Shown piece after piece: positions 19,373 to 28,455 of a DNA stretch of 64,000 nt. The notes beneath the pieces were generated by a model. It made no database searches and was not told where the DNA came from. It was given only the letters and a program-made list of their open reading frames with translations. The DNA is taken from IMG/VR virus record IMGVR_UViG_3300043425_001539, positions 1 to 64,000 of that record. One strand, given 5' to 3'. The first letter of the stretch is position 1. Every line of letters starts with the position of its first letter. The position numbers were made by a program, and so were the translations under genes.

Positions 19373-21364
19373 TTATTTAGATTTTGCTATCCATGGTAAG
19401 CTTAATCGAGGAATTGCATTATCTATGATGATGCTGAATTGCGCATCTTGTACAATTGCCTGGTTAAGCATATTTATCTGTTTAATTTGCTCAGTTTCTA
19501 TTTTATCATATAACCTAACATTGGTAATAACTAAGTTTGACGCTAATAAATTATAATTCATATCAGCTGACGCATCAAGTTTATTAATTGTTTCTACAGC
19601 GCTATATATATTTTCCAAATCTGTTGTTTGTATTGGATTTGGATTTGATTCATTCCATTTTCTAACCCATAAATCAACTGACAGCTGGCGATAAAAATTA
19701 GATATATTTATAAACAAGCCATACCAATAATCTTGTACCAAATTGTTTTTAAATATAAACATTGAGGCTGTTTCGTTTCTTTGAACTATCAAATATCTAC
19801 TTGCATAAATACTAATTTTAATTCCTTTTGAATTTTCTTGTTTAAAACCATTAAACAAAATGTTTTCAAACGTCTTTTCAGCAATATATCCGCTACCAGA
19901 AGGTCCTGACCAATTAGGATAATATAAATTTAAAAATTCAATAATATTTTTTGAGACGGAAATTGTATAATTAAATCCACCAGAAACAGCGGTTGTACTT
20001 TTCCATGCCCCATATAAAGATAATCCATTAAATTTTGATATTTTAATTAAATCGCCTGCCACATATTTCCTGGTTGCAGCAAGTTTAAATGTAATATCTT
20101 GTAGATCATTATTAATTTGTCCTAATATTAATCCACCTTTAATATTATCTTTTGGAATAACTATATTTGGATTAATTTCTTTAAACCAACAACTAAAAGA
20201 CCTTTCAGCGGATTCGGGTAAATCCACATTTGCTCTATACTTAACAGCTTCAATTCGAGAGTTAACATTAAAAATTGAACGTAAATCATATTGTGATTCG
20301 GATAATAATAAAGAATAATTATTAACTTTCTGTTGTGTTATTATAAGATCATTATTTACCACTTCTCTTATTGGGTCATAATTTCTTGAACCTATCTTTG
20401 GGTCAAATTGCTGTGGATCAGTTGTTTTAATTTCAAGCAAATCTAATTCTTCTTGGAACTCTTCTTGATAACTTGTTGTAAGAACGTCAAATTCTTCTCT
20501 AAGATTTTGGGTTTCTTTGCGGTTTGCCTTGGGTTGATATTTTGTTAAACTTACTTTCCAATAAATTTCTGTTCGCATTAAATCTTTATAAAGATATGAA
20601 CTATCAACTTCATATATTCTATTTTCAAGAGGCATATAAATAATATCCCTCTTTTGCGGAGCAGTTCCTACTCCAAATAATTCCTCAAAATAATTTTTAG
20701 TAATGTGAACCTCAAATGGCATTTCAAAGTCAATGCCCATAGGGTTAAAATTTAATTTGCTATCGGGAAATTCATTTTGCGGAACAACTACTTTAATACA
20801 TTTAGGTTCATCAACATCATAGAGCGTCCATTCATTAAGAATTATGTCTTTACCTATTTCCATAGGTACGGCCCTTGCATACATTACATCAATTCCAAAC
20901 AATTGATTAATGGTAAAAGATAATTCTTTATATAAGATAACAAGAGGATTAACTTGATATGGTTTAAAAGTAAAATTTTCAATTTTTGTGATATTGCTAA
21001 TGTTACCTTTATCTGAAACTGTATAAACAGGTACAAATCCTATATAAGGATCTTGTGCTATAGGATCTTGTTCGTATGTAATTTCTATGTTATTAATAGT
21101 TATAGGACCGCCAGCAATTAATGTTATTTTAAAATCAACAAACAAATCATCATTAGGATCAAGTATAATACTATTTAAAGAACTTTGGGTAAGGTCAACC
21201 CAAGAAGACCTTACCCTATTTGTTGTGCCCCAACGCACCTCTTTTTTATATGTTCCGCTGCCCGCTATATCTTCTAACCATCCTGTAAGTTTGGTAACAT
21301 ATAAAAAAGGTGCGTCTTGCGTAAATTTAACAAAATCACCTGGGCTTGTTAGTATAGCTTGCAT
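19373..21364 (-). CDS. Neck/head-completion protein (gp14-like core) with extra beta-rich domains
   Basis: INQLFGIDVMY..PQKRDIIYMPLENRIYEV resembles gp14; late motif at 21381-21395. Confidence 0.55.
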   Translation of the reverse strand: MQAILTSPGDFVKFTQDAPFLYVTKLTGWLEDIAGSGTYKKEVRWGTTNRVRSSWVDLTQSSLNSIILDPNDDLFVDFKITLIAGGPITINNIEITYEQDPIAQDPYIGFVPVYTVSDKGNISNITKIENFTFKPYQVNPLVILYKELSFTINQLFGIDVMYARAVPMEIGKDIILNEWTLYDVDEPKCIKVVVPQNEFPDSKLNFNPMGIDFEMPFEVHITKNYFEELFGVGTAPQKRDIIYMPLENRIYEVDSSYLYKDLMRTEIYWKVSLTKYQPKANRKETQNLREEFDVLTTSYQEEFQEELDLLEIKTTDPQQFDPKIGSRNYDPIREVVNNDLIITQQKVNNYSLLLSESQYDLRSIFNVNSRIEAVKYRANVDLPESAERSFSCWFKEINPNIVIPKDNIKGGLILGQINNDLQDITFKLAATRKYVAGDLIKISKFNGLSLYGAWKSTTAVSGGFNYTISVSKNIIEFLNLYYPNWSGPSGSGYIAEKTFENILFNGFKQENSKGIKISIYASRYLIVQRNETASMFIFKNNLVQDYWYGLFINISNFYRQLSVDLWVRKWNESNPNPIQTTDLENIYSAVETINKLDASADMNYNLLASNLVITNVRLYDKIETEQIKQINMLNQAIVQDAQFSIIIDNAIPRLSLPWIAKSK

Positions 21365-21412
21365 TTAAAATGGGATACTATTTTTTCTATATATCCCATA
21401 AAGAAAATCAAT

Positions 21413-21829
21413 TTACTGAGTAACCATTTTTTCAAAATTGCGTAGCTCTTCTTCAAATGCATTACCTAAAAGTTTTAATGCATCATCAACATCTTTACGG
21501 GAAATTTTATTATATTCACAATACAGCTGAATTGCTTGGTCGGATATAGGTTGTTCAGCTTTCTTTTTTGCTTCTTTAGCCTTTGCAGTTTTTACATACA
21601 TCCAGCCAGGAGTTTTATTATAAATCTTGCTTAGGTTTTCTTGCCAATAAGTTACCGTTTGTCCAGGATTAATTTTAATATGATTAAAGTACCCTGCTTG
21701 AACAGGGTACTTGATACTCATAAAGCGATTAATCATAAAAAAATGTTTGGCCCTATCATTCAATTTGGTTTTGTGAAATTCAGCCGGCTTAGAAAACATT
21801 GTATTAATAAATCCAAATAAATCGCTCAT
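21413..21829 (-). CDS. Putative clamp loader small subunit (gp62-like)
   Basis: MSDLFGFIN..FMINRFMS pattern; middle promoter at 21835-21860. Confidence 0.55.
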   Translation of the reverse strand: MSDLFGFINTMFSKPAEFHKTKLNDRAKHFFMINRFMSIKYPVQAGYFNHIKINPGQTVTYWQENLSKIYNKTPGWMYVKTAKAKEAKKKAEQPISDQAIQLYCEYNKISRKDVDDALKLLGNAFEEELRNFEKMVTQ

Positions 21830-21859
21830 GTATATTATATTCTTTTGATTAAAAAGGTT

Positions 21860-22966
21860 TTAAAAATTGAATTGGGAAAAGATATCTGCCTCAATAGGTT
21901 TGCCGTTACTAACAAAACGTGTTCCTTCTAGCAAAGAGTTCATATCATAGGAGCGTGAACCCAAATCTTTATATTCTTGATTTATCGAAATTTTAAATTT
22001 TTCTTGAATATCTGAAGGGATTATACGTTCATCAAGAAATACCAATTGTAAATTTCTTACTAATCTTGATTTAATAACTTCAGAAGGAGCTGAATGTTTA
22101 CAAGTAGTTTCAATTGCCTTTGCAACTTCAGTTGCACGATTAGGTAAATCAAATACGTCATCAACATTTTTTGACATATTTAAAATATCATACATTCTTT
22201 TTGCTTTTGATGCAGTCACTCGATAAGTTTTGTTATCTTTAGTCCAAGACCAAATAGGAGGAACTGCATCACCAGCATCTCCTGTAATAACCTTTTCAAA
22301 TATAATGTATTTGTGATCAATTTCTTCAAGTGGCATTGAACCAAGCGCATCTGAAATGATATCTTTGGAGCGATTCATATATGTGTTTGCATCAAAAAGA
22401 TTATATTCTTCGGATTGCAGCCAGGATTGAAAACCCAATGATGAAGTTATTTTGCGACTTTTGGAATTTGGGTTATACACAACCACAAAATTTTTGTCAT
22501 TATGTTTAACACATTGTGTTAAATCCCGATCGCCAGTAATAATTACTGCGTCTGATCCTTCGTTAAAAAAATGATTAGCCCACAAAAACATTAAATCATC
22601 GCCTTCAGCGCGTTCTTCTCGGGAAATAATAATATTTTTAGATTTTAGAATTTCTGCAAATTCATTCATGCAGCCATAAAAAGCATCCCAATCTATAGAT
22701 GAAGATTTTTCTTCTCGATGTCCTTTATATGCGCCATCTTCAATTTCAATATCCTTACGCCAAGATTTTGAATCAATTGTAAAAACTATTTTATTTGGAT
22801 TACCAAAAACACGAACAGCGTGTGAAAAATCAGTTGCAACTTTTCGAACAAACATTTCTTGCTCTTTCTTGCTTTCCAAAACCTTTCCTTTTGAAGCGTA
22901 CCCACCAAATATGAATAGCGTTTTATAAAAGAGGTAATTTCCGTCTATAATTAAATTTAATGCCAT
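21860..22966 (-). CDS. RNase H / 5'-3' flap exonuclease (T4 rnh-like)
   Basis: LIIDGN, YKGHR, AEGDD, TGDRDL.Q, GDAGDAVP motifs. Confidence 0.88.
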   Translation of the reverse strand: MALNLIIDGNYLFYKTLFIFGGYASKGKVLESKKEQEMFVRKVATDFSHAVRVFGNPNKIVFTIDSKSWRKDIEIEDGAYKGHREEKSSSIDWDAFYGCMNEFAEILKSKNIIISREERAEGDDLMFLWANHFFNEGSDAVIITGDRDLTQCVKHNDKNFVVVYNPNSKSRKITSSLGFQSWLQSEEYNLFDANTYMNRSKDIISDALGSMPLEEIDHKYIIFEKVITGDAGDAVPPIWSWTKDNKTYRVTASKAKRMYDILNMSKNVDDVFDLPNRATEVAKAIETTCKHSAPSEVIKSRLVRNLQLVFLDERIIPSDIQEKFKISINQEYKDLGSRSYDMNSLLEGTRFVSNGKPIEADIFSQFNF

Positions 22967-22987
22967 TATTTATATTTTTTTTATTAT

Positions 22988-23047
22988 TACAAATATACAA
23001 ACTTTAATTGAAATAAAAAAATTTTTTCAAAAAAAGTTATTAACAAT
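22988..23047 (-). promoter_or_regulatory. Early (host-sigma) promoter block, TAnnTTTG type
   Basis: TATATTTG at 22990-22997; repeat of 6278-6337. Confidence 0.75.
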
Positions 23048-23282
23048 AGTTCCACTTTTTCATAACATTCCTGATTGTGGATTCAAGATGTTTTTTTAAG
23101 ACTGGCATTTCATTTACTGCAGGCAAAGAACCTCGAAATATTAGTTCTCTTTGTAAAGAGCCGTTGCGATCCACTAAATAAATATAAATTCTTGCGCCTA
23201 TTTTTGCAATATCAAATTTATTTTTTGAAAGAGCTGGGTATACTTCTGTTATGTATTTTTTAACATCTGATACTCTATTCAT
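23040..23282 (-). CDS. Hypothetical protein
   Basis: 80-aa ORF coupled to the upstream gene. Confidence 0.55.
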   Translation of the reverse strand: MNRVSDVKKYITEVYPALSKNKFDIAKIGARIYIYLVDRNGSLQRELIFRGSLPAVNEMPVLKKHLESTIRNVMKKWNYC

Positions 23283-23593
23283 AATTTTTCGACATTTTCA
23301 CCTTTTGGATATTTGTTTCTAATATTTGACACGAAAAAATTACCTTTTGATTCGGAATTTAAAAAATCCAAATATAATTCTTTATTAAATTTTTTATATT
23401 TATATCGAGCATCATTACTAAATGTTATAATAAATTCTTCAAGTTCTTCAGAATATTCGGTTGTCTTAAGCAATGAAGATTCCCATGTACATTTTTCAAA
23501 TCCATTGATAAATTCAGTTGAATGAGCTGAATTAGGAATAGCATTAGTGTCAGCTTTTTGCATAATATTTATTGGTTTAAAATTATTTGACAT
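23279..23593 (-). CDS. KTSC-domain protein
   Basis: SSLLKTTEY..ITF....RYKY..Y..FLNSESKGNFFVSNIR. Confidence 0.75.
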   Translation of the reverse strand: MSNNFKPINIMQKADTNAIPNSAHSTEFINGFEKCTWESSLLKTTEYSEELEEFIITFSNDARYKYKKFNKELYLDFLNSESKGNFFVSNIRNKYPKGENVEKL

Positions 23594-24519
23594 TCATAAA
23601 CGGCAGCAAGCATAGAAATTGCAGGATCAATGACATGTACTCGCTGTGATTGATAGTGAGCAACTTTAATTAAAATTTGGGGTATTCTTGCAGATTTTCC
23701 TGGGTGGTTATCACGTATAAAATCAGGCAATTCATTTCCTAAAGCAAACAAGACATCATCAACTTTTGACGAATAATTTGTCATTAAGAATTTATAATTT
23801 TCTTGCGGATCACCTGTTTTACAGACGAGTTCAAAAACATCACGGAAAGAGTAATTTAATTTTTTAACATCAGTAACTTCAATTTTTTTAACTCCTTGAA
23901 TTACAAATGATTGTATCTTATTTATAATCGAACGCATATCAGGAAAATTTCTTTTGACAAATTCCACAATAGCATCCTTTTCAATCTCAATTCCACAAGA
24001 TTTAAAAATTGTCCATGATCGTTTAATAAATTCGACCATTACTTCTTTTTCTTCCTCTTTGGAAATAAAATCAAAATTTACACATGTAAAACGGGATTGC
24101 ACTGGATCAGGAACTTTATTAATATAATTACAAGTACCAATAAAGCGAGCGGTTGTTGCAAATTTTTCAATAGTTGCTCTCAATGCTTTATAAAATTGAT
24201 CCGATGCACCATCCATCTCATCAAGAATCACAACTTTGTATAATTCTCCGCCATCAAGCAAACTTATAGTTGAACACCAATTTGTAATTTTTTCGCGAAT
24301 GATGTCAACCGAACTTTCATCTGAGACATTAATGTATAAATACGGATACTTATCGGCTAGTACTTTTGCCAAAGACGTTTTTCCTAAACCTGGTGATCCG
24401 TAAAATAAATAGTTTTGATGTAAAACTCCATCGCCGATTGATTTTCTAATCCTTGCAGGCAAAATCATTTGTTCCAATGATTTTGGCCTGTACTTTTCTG
24501 TGAATAATTCTCCAATCAT
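23569..24519 (-). CDS. Clamp loader large subunit (gp44/RFC AAA+)
   Basis: EKYRP, GSPGLGKT, VVILDEMD, QSRF, FPDMR. Confidence 0.93.
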   Translation of the reverse strand: MIGELFTEKYRPKSLEQMILPARIRKSIGDGVLHQNYLFYGSPGLGKTSLAKVLADKYPYLYINVSDESSVDIIREKITNWCSTISLLDGGELYKVVILDEMDGASDQFYKALRATIEKFATTARFIGTCNYINKVPDPVQSRFTCVNFDFISKEEEKEVMVEFIKRSWTIFKSCGIEIEKDAIVEFVKRNFPDMRSIINKIQSFVIQGVKKIEVTDVKKLNYSFRDVFELVCKTGDPQENYKFLMTNYSSKVDDVLFALGNELPDFIRDNHPGKSARIPQILIKVAHYQSQRVHVIDPAISMLAAVYECQIILNQ

Positions 24520-24540
24520 TTTTTTATTTATTTTTGATAA

Positions 24541-24568
24541 TTATATTCTAAATAGTATACTTAGTTCT
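24541..24568 (-). promoter_or_regulatory. Middle-type promoter GAACT-N15-AATATAA
   Basis: Shared motif, upstream of the clamp loader. Confidence 0.65.
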
Positions 24569-24573
24569 TATTG

Positions 24574-24615
24574 AATAAAAAAAACGTATGAATTTATATC
24601 CATACGTTTTTTATT
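24574..24615 (-). terminator. Terminator after the portal gene (probably bidirectional)
   Basis: AAAAAACGTATG/CATACGTTTTTT inverted repeat. Confidence 0.7.
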
Positions 24616-24630
24616 AATAATTAACTAATA

Positions 24631-26244
24631 TTAGAAGCCCATATCATCGCCTGCCTGGCTTTGTAAATCTTGTTGTTTTTTCATATATTCAAGATCCTCA
24701 ATATCTTTTTGTTTTTTGAGTCTTTCATTTTCGTCAATATCTGATTTATCTAATTTCATATATTTTTCAATAATAAATTTAGGAACAAAATAAGGAACAT
24801 CAACATCCATACCTGTGGCATCTTTTCTCTTATCCATAATTTGCATCAGAGAATTTGCAAAATCAACTCTCTTAGTCATAATTTCCATTTCTTTAAGTTC
24901 CTCAAACAAGTTATCTTTGTTAAACTTAATACCAAGCGCTGACTTAAATAACTCATCTTCTGCTAATTCAGGATATAATAAACCCATTTGTATAAATAAA
25001 GGCTTTAGCAAAATCTCTTGATAAATTGATCTTAACCTATTAACAAATCTTCCAAACCTAATTTCTTCGCGATCGATTGCATCAGCTGAAAAATTTACGT
25101 TGCCTGAATTTCCTTTGTCAAATCTAGACACTGGAACTTTAGAATCTTCTATTAATTTATCTTTAAAATACTTGAGAGCATCAGTATCACTTAAATCATA
25201 ACCGTCTCCGCCGATAGTTTCAATTTCAGGTTGTTCGCCATTTTTTGATGGAAACAAATAATTTTTATAAAATTGCATCGATGGCTGTCCATTAACCGAA
25301 AGTTCACCTGAATCAAAATTTAAGGAAATGTCCTCTTTGTACATTGACATTAATTCAGCCAAAGATTCTTTTGCTTTTTGAGGAGATTTGGTGCCAATTG
25401 GAATAACCATTTTTAATCTAAACGAACTATTCATTATATTCCAAATAATTCGGCTATTTTCCATTATGCGCAAAAGATTAAATGATCGAACCATTCTTTC
25501 CACATATGAAACCCTACTTACAAAATTTCCTTTTGCGTAAGAAATGTAAATTATTTGCGAATCAAGCAAAACTCTTTTCATTGAAGGGATATCTTCATAC
25601 TGTACCCATATTTTTTTATATGAGCCATCTCCACCTTTTTCAACGCCTGGTCTTAATGAAATTGGGTCAAGTTCTTTAAAGCCTATAATATTTTTTCCTT
25701 CAGGATCATATATAATTTCAAATGCAACGAATCCATCTATTAAAAGTTGACGAAAATACGACCAGGAATCATGACCTTGATTAAAATTAAAATGTGCATA
25801 TATTTTTTTAAACTGTGACCAAATTTCATTAATAATATCTTCCATATTATCAGGTGACACAATTTCTTTAACCTTTGCAACATCAGGTTGGCAAAAATAA
25901 TTTCCCGAATCAAATACAATTGCTTCATCTGATACGGTATCAAGAATAAATTCTATTTCAGGATTCATTGCAAATTTTCTAAGATACTCTCTTCTTGATT
26001 TATAATCTTTATCAAAAAAGGCAATAAATTTTTTCTGACCTACGTCAGATAATGCAAGAGAGTATAAAAATTCTTCTGGTAAATATCCTTGATTTCCAAA
26101 TTCAGCTTCTGTTACACCAATTGCTCTGGATTGCCTAATGACCATGTCGTCATACTGCATACCAAGATTTGCCAATTTTCTTAAACTTTTTGATAGCTGA
26201 CCAAAAACAGGATTAACGCCCGCGCGATCTATAAAACCCGCCAT
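24631..26244 (-). CDS. Portal protein (T4 gp20-like)
   Basis: PEIEFILD..DEAIV, FNLLRIME, SKVPVSRF, IDREEIRFGRFVNRLR. Confidence 0.92.
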   Translation of the reverse strand: MAGFIDRAGVNPVFGQLSKSLRKLANLGMQYDDMVIRQSRAIGVTEAEFGNQGYLPEEFLYSLALSDVGQKKFIAFFDKDYKSRREYLRKFAMNPEIEFILDTVSDEAIVFDSGNYFCQPDVAKVKEIVSPDNMEDIINEIWSQFKKIYAHFNFNQGHDSWSYFRQLLIDGFVAFEIIYDPEGKNIIGFKELDPISLRPGVEKGGDGSYKKIWVQYEDIPSMKRVLLDSQIIYISYAKGNFVSRVSYVERMVRSFNLLRIMENSRIIWNIMNSSFRLKMVIPIGTKSPQKAKESLAELMSMYKEDISLNFDSGELSVNGQPSMQFYKNYLFPSKNGEQPEIETIGGDGYDLSDTDALKYFKDKLIEDSKVPVSRFDKGNSGNVNFSADAIDREEIRFGRFVNRLRSIYQEILLKPLFIQMGLLYPELAEDELFKSALGIKFNKDNLFEELKEMEIMTKRVDFANSLMQIMDKRKDATGMDVDVPYFVPKFIIEKYMKLDKSDIDENERLKKQKDIEDLEYMKKQQDLQSQAGDDMGF

Positions 26245-26287
26245 ATTTTTTGTTTAGTTTTGTTTTATTTATTTCTAAAAAATAATA

Positions 26288-26980
26288 TTATTTTTTGTTC
26301 TTATTTAATGTTTGATTTTTAAATACAGTGTAATCTGCATAAATTTGAGCAGGACTTTTTCCTTCTATTTCGCGAGGAACATAAAATGGTATCATACTCC
26401 AATCTTCAATTTCAATTAATACTGGGTTTAAAATTCCTGTTATATCATAATTTCTAATAATAAATGTCAATGGAATTTTTCCTTGATTTACAAAAACTTT
26501 GGTCATAAATGTCCAATCGCTTAAATAACGAGCAATATTTTTTGCTTGCCCTATCAATCCTTTATCAGAATCTCGTTCAGCGTTCAATAAGTTGTTTTTA
26601 AAAACTTTATAATATGTATCAAGCAATTCAACTTTTTGAAGTTCAGGCACAAAATTAAGATTAATCCCTTGAAGAATAACTCTATTTGTTGTTTTTGCTA
26701 AAAATGTATTCATTACTAAAAGCATTGGTCTTGTATCATAATAACTTAAAACATCCTTTGTAATAGGATCAGGATATCTAAATGTATAAATTGAGCCTGG
26801 TAAGAAAAAATTAATTTTTCTTGCTATGAATCGAGATTCTTCTTCTATAATCCAATAATTCTCAAACGGATTTTTTACATACTTGTCTTCAAAAAACTGA
26901 AATGCTTCTTTTCTTATACCAGTTTTTTGATTTGAGATATAAAAATTTTTAATATCTATATGTTCATCGTTTTCTATCAC
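26288..26980 (-). CDS. DNA end protector (T4 gp2-like)
   Basis: PGSIYTF.Y..YYDTRP, GINLNFVP, IEDW motifs. Confidence 0.7.
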   Translation of the reverse strand: MIENDEHIDIKNFYISNQKTGIRKEAFQFFEDKYVKNPFENYWIIEEESRFIARKINFFLPGSIYTFRYPDPITKDVLSYYDTRPMLLVMNTFLAKTTNRVILQGINLNFVPELQKVELLDTYYKVFKNNLLNAERDSDKGLIGQAKNIARYLSDWTFMTKVFVNQGKIPLTFIIRNYDITGILNPVLIEIEDWSMIPFYVPREIEGKSPAQIYADYTVFKNQTLNKNKK

Positions 26981-27465
26981 TGTTGTTCAAACAAGAATTT
27001 TTCTGTTACTATTACAAATTTATACCCCACTGATTCTGCATACTTTTTTGCATATTGAAATTTGGCACGATTAGTTATCCAAGTCTGTAAAGAATAATTG
27101 TAATTTTTTAGTCTTTTTATTGTTTGACTCCCGCTTTCCATAACAGGTTTAGCAAGACTTGCTTCAGGTTTAACTTCAACTAAATAATCTTCTTCTTTAT
27201 CTCCTTTTTTAACCTTTGCATAAAAATCAATATAATAAGTATGCTCTTTGTTATCTATTGGACTAATGTATTTAATCCCTAAAGGTTCTGAAGACCACTT
27301 AATAATATTTTCGCTATCATCACAATACTTACAAAATCTATATTCCCAGGATGACCTGTAAATAATTTTAGTGGGGTCTCCAATATATTTGTCCGGGTTA
27401 TTTAAAACATAATAACCTTGACGATATGTACTTTTTTTTGATGGCTTATTATTTTTAATGCTCAT
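26977..27465 (-). CDS. Head completion nuclease (T4 gp4-like)
   Basis: NPDKYIGD..IIYRSSWE..WSSE..YYIDF..LVEVKP. Confidence 0.9.
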   Translation of the reverse strand: MSIKNNKPSKKSTYRQGYYVLNNPDKYIGDPTKIIYRSSWEYRFCKYCDDSENIIKWSSEPLGIKYISPIDNKEHTYYIDFYAKVKKGDKEEDYLVEVKPEASLAKPVMESGSQTIKRLKNYNYSLQTWITNRAKFQYAKKYAESVGYKFVIVTEKFLFEQQ

Positions 27466-27472
27466 TATTGCC

Positions 27473-27817
27473 TTATAGACTATAAAGGTTTTCGTTACTT
27501 AATGAAAGTTTATCAACGTCTCTAATAGGATGTAATTTTTTCCAACCTTTTGCAAAACCATTTTTAATTATTTGAGTGTAATAAGCAAAAGGATAATTTG
27601 ATTTAGCTGGGTCAAAACTTCGCCAATATTTAATTACATCCATAAGAGCAAACGCAATAACATCTTTGCGGTCTTCTTCGTTTTTGTATTTTAATTTTTT
27701 GGACGACTCTTTTGCCATTAATTGAAGCATTTCAATCGCACGAGGTGTTAATTCATCTTTTTCTTTTGATAAAAGAATTTCTTTTTTAAATTCTTCCGGG
27801 TCTACATAATTTGCCAT
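27473..27817 (-). CDS. Late-transcription sigma factor (T4 gp55-like)
   Basis: NYVD..EF, FDPAKSNYPFAYYTQIIKNGF. Confidence 0.85.
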   Translation of the reverse strand: MANYVDPEEFKKEILLSKEKDELTPRAIEMLQLMAKESSKKLKYKNEEDRKDVIAFALMDVIKYWRSFDPAKSNYPFAYYTQIIKNGFAKGWKKLHPIRDVDKLSLSNENLYSL

Positions 27818-27823
27818 AGTTAG

Positions 27824-28423
27824 TTAGTTTATTGAACCGCTTGCTAATGTTTCGGATTCAGAGTCTATTGATGATAAAAATGATTTAAAATCTGATATTG
27901 ATTTATCAATAAAATCATGTGAAATATCAGAGTTATCTTTAATAAATGTTTTTAATTCTTCCAATGAAAAAAGAACTTCTCCAGCTTTGTCTCCGACAGC
28001 AGCAAGTAATGCGCCTGATTTATCAGGTTTATTTTCTGAAGTTTTTGGATTGGATTTAACATCCGTTTCAGAATTATATACTCCAGTTTCATAAAGGTTC
28101 TTTTTCTCTAATATATTAATTGGTTGTAAAAAGCTCTTTTTAATTAACTTTTTTTTTCCTGCACCATAAACTATTTCCACATCGTCATTATCTCCACGGC
28201 TAGTAAAATCAAGAGCTTTCATTTTTACTTCTTCCCCATACCCGGGAATTAATATTTTAGCTCTTACATAATCATCAGCCTCCCTAATCCCAACTGAGGC
28301 GCCGTCAACTTGAGTGGTTATTTCAAGATCGTTTCCTGGTTGGGATTGGGAGGCTGGTTTATGATTTTTTAAATCAGCAGGTTTAACATCATACGTTCTG
28401 CCAGACTCGTCTTCAACTGTCAC
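27824..28423 (-). CDS. Hypothetical protein; probably the -1 frameshift extension of 28456-30018
   Basis: Only a GTG start; the frame is open back to the A9 slippery run at 28460-28468. Confidence 0.6.
   Translation of the reverse strand: MTVEDESGRTYDVKPADLKNHKPASQSQPGNDLEITTQVDGASVGIREADDYVRAKILIPGYGEEVKMKALDFTSRGDNDDVEIVYGAGKKKLIKKSFLQPINILEKKNLYETGVYNSETDVKSNPKTSENKPDKSGALLAAVGDKAGEVLFSLEELKTFIKDNSDISHDFIDKSISDFKSFLSSIDSESETLASGSIN
27827..27852 (-). promoter_or_regulatory. Middle-type promoter variant AAACA-N14-AATAAAC just upstream of the gp55-like gene
   Basis: Same spacing as the other copies but a weaker match. Confidence 0.4.
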
Positions 28424-28455
28424 AGTTCTATTTGCCTGTGTTGCTCCAATTACTG

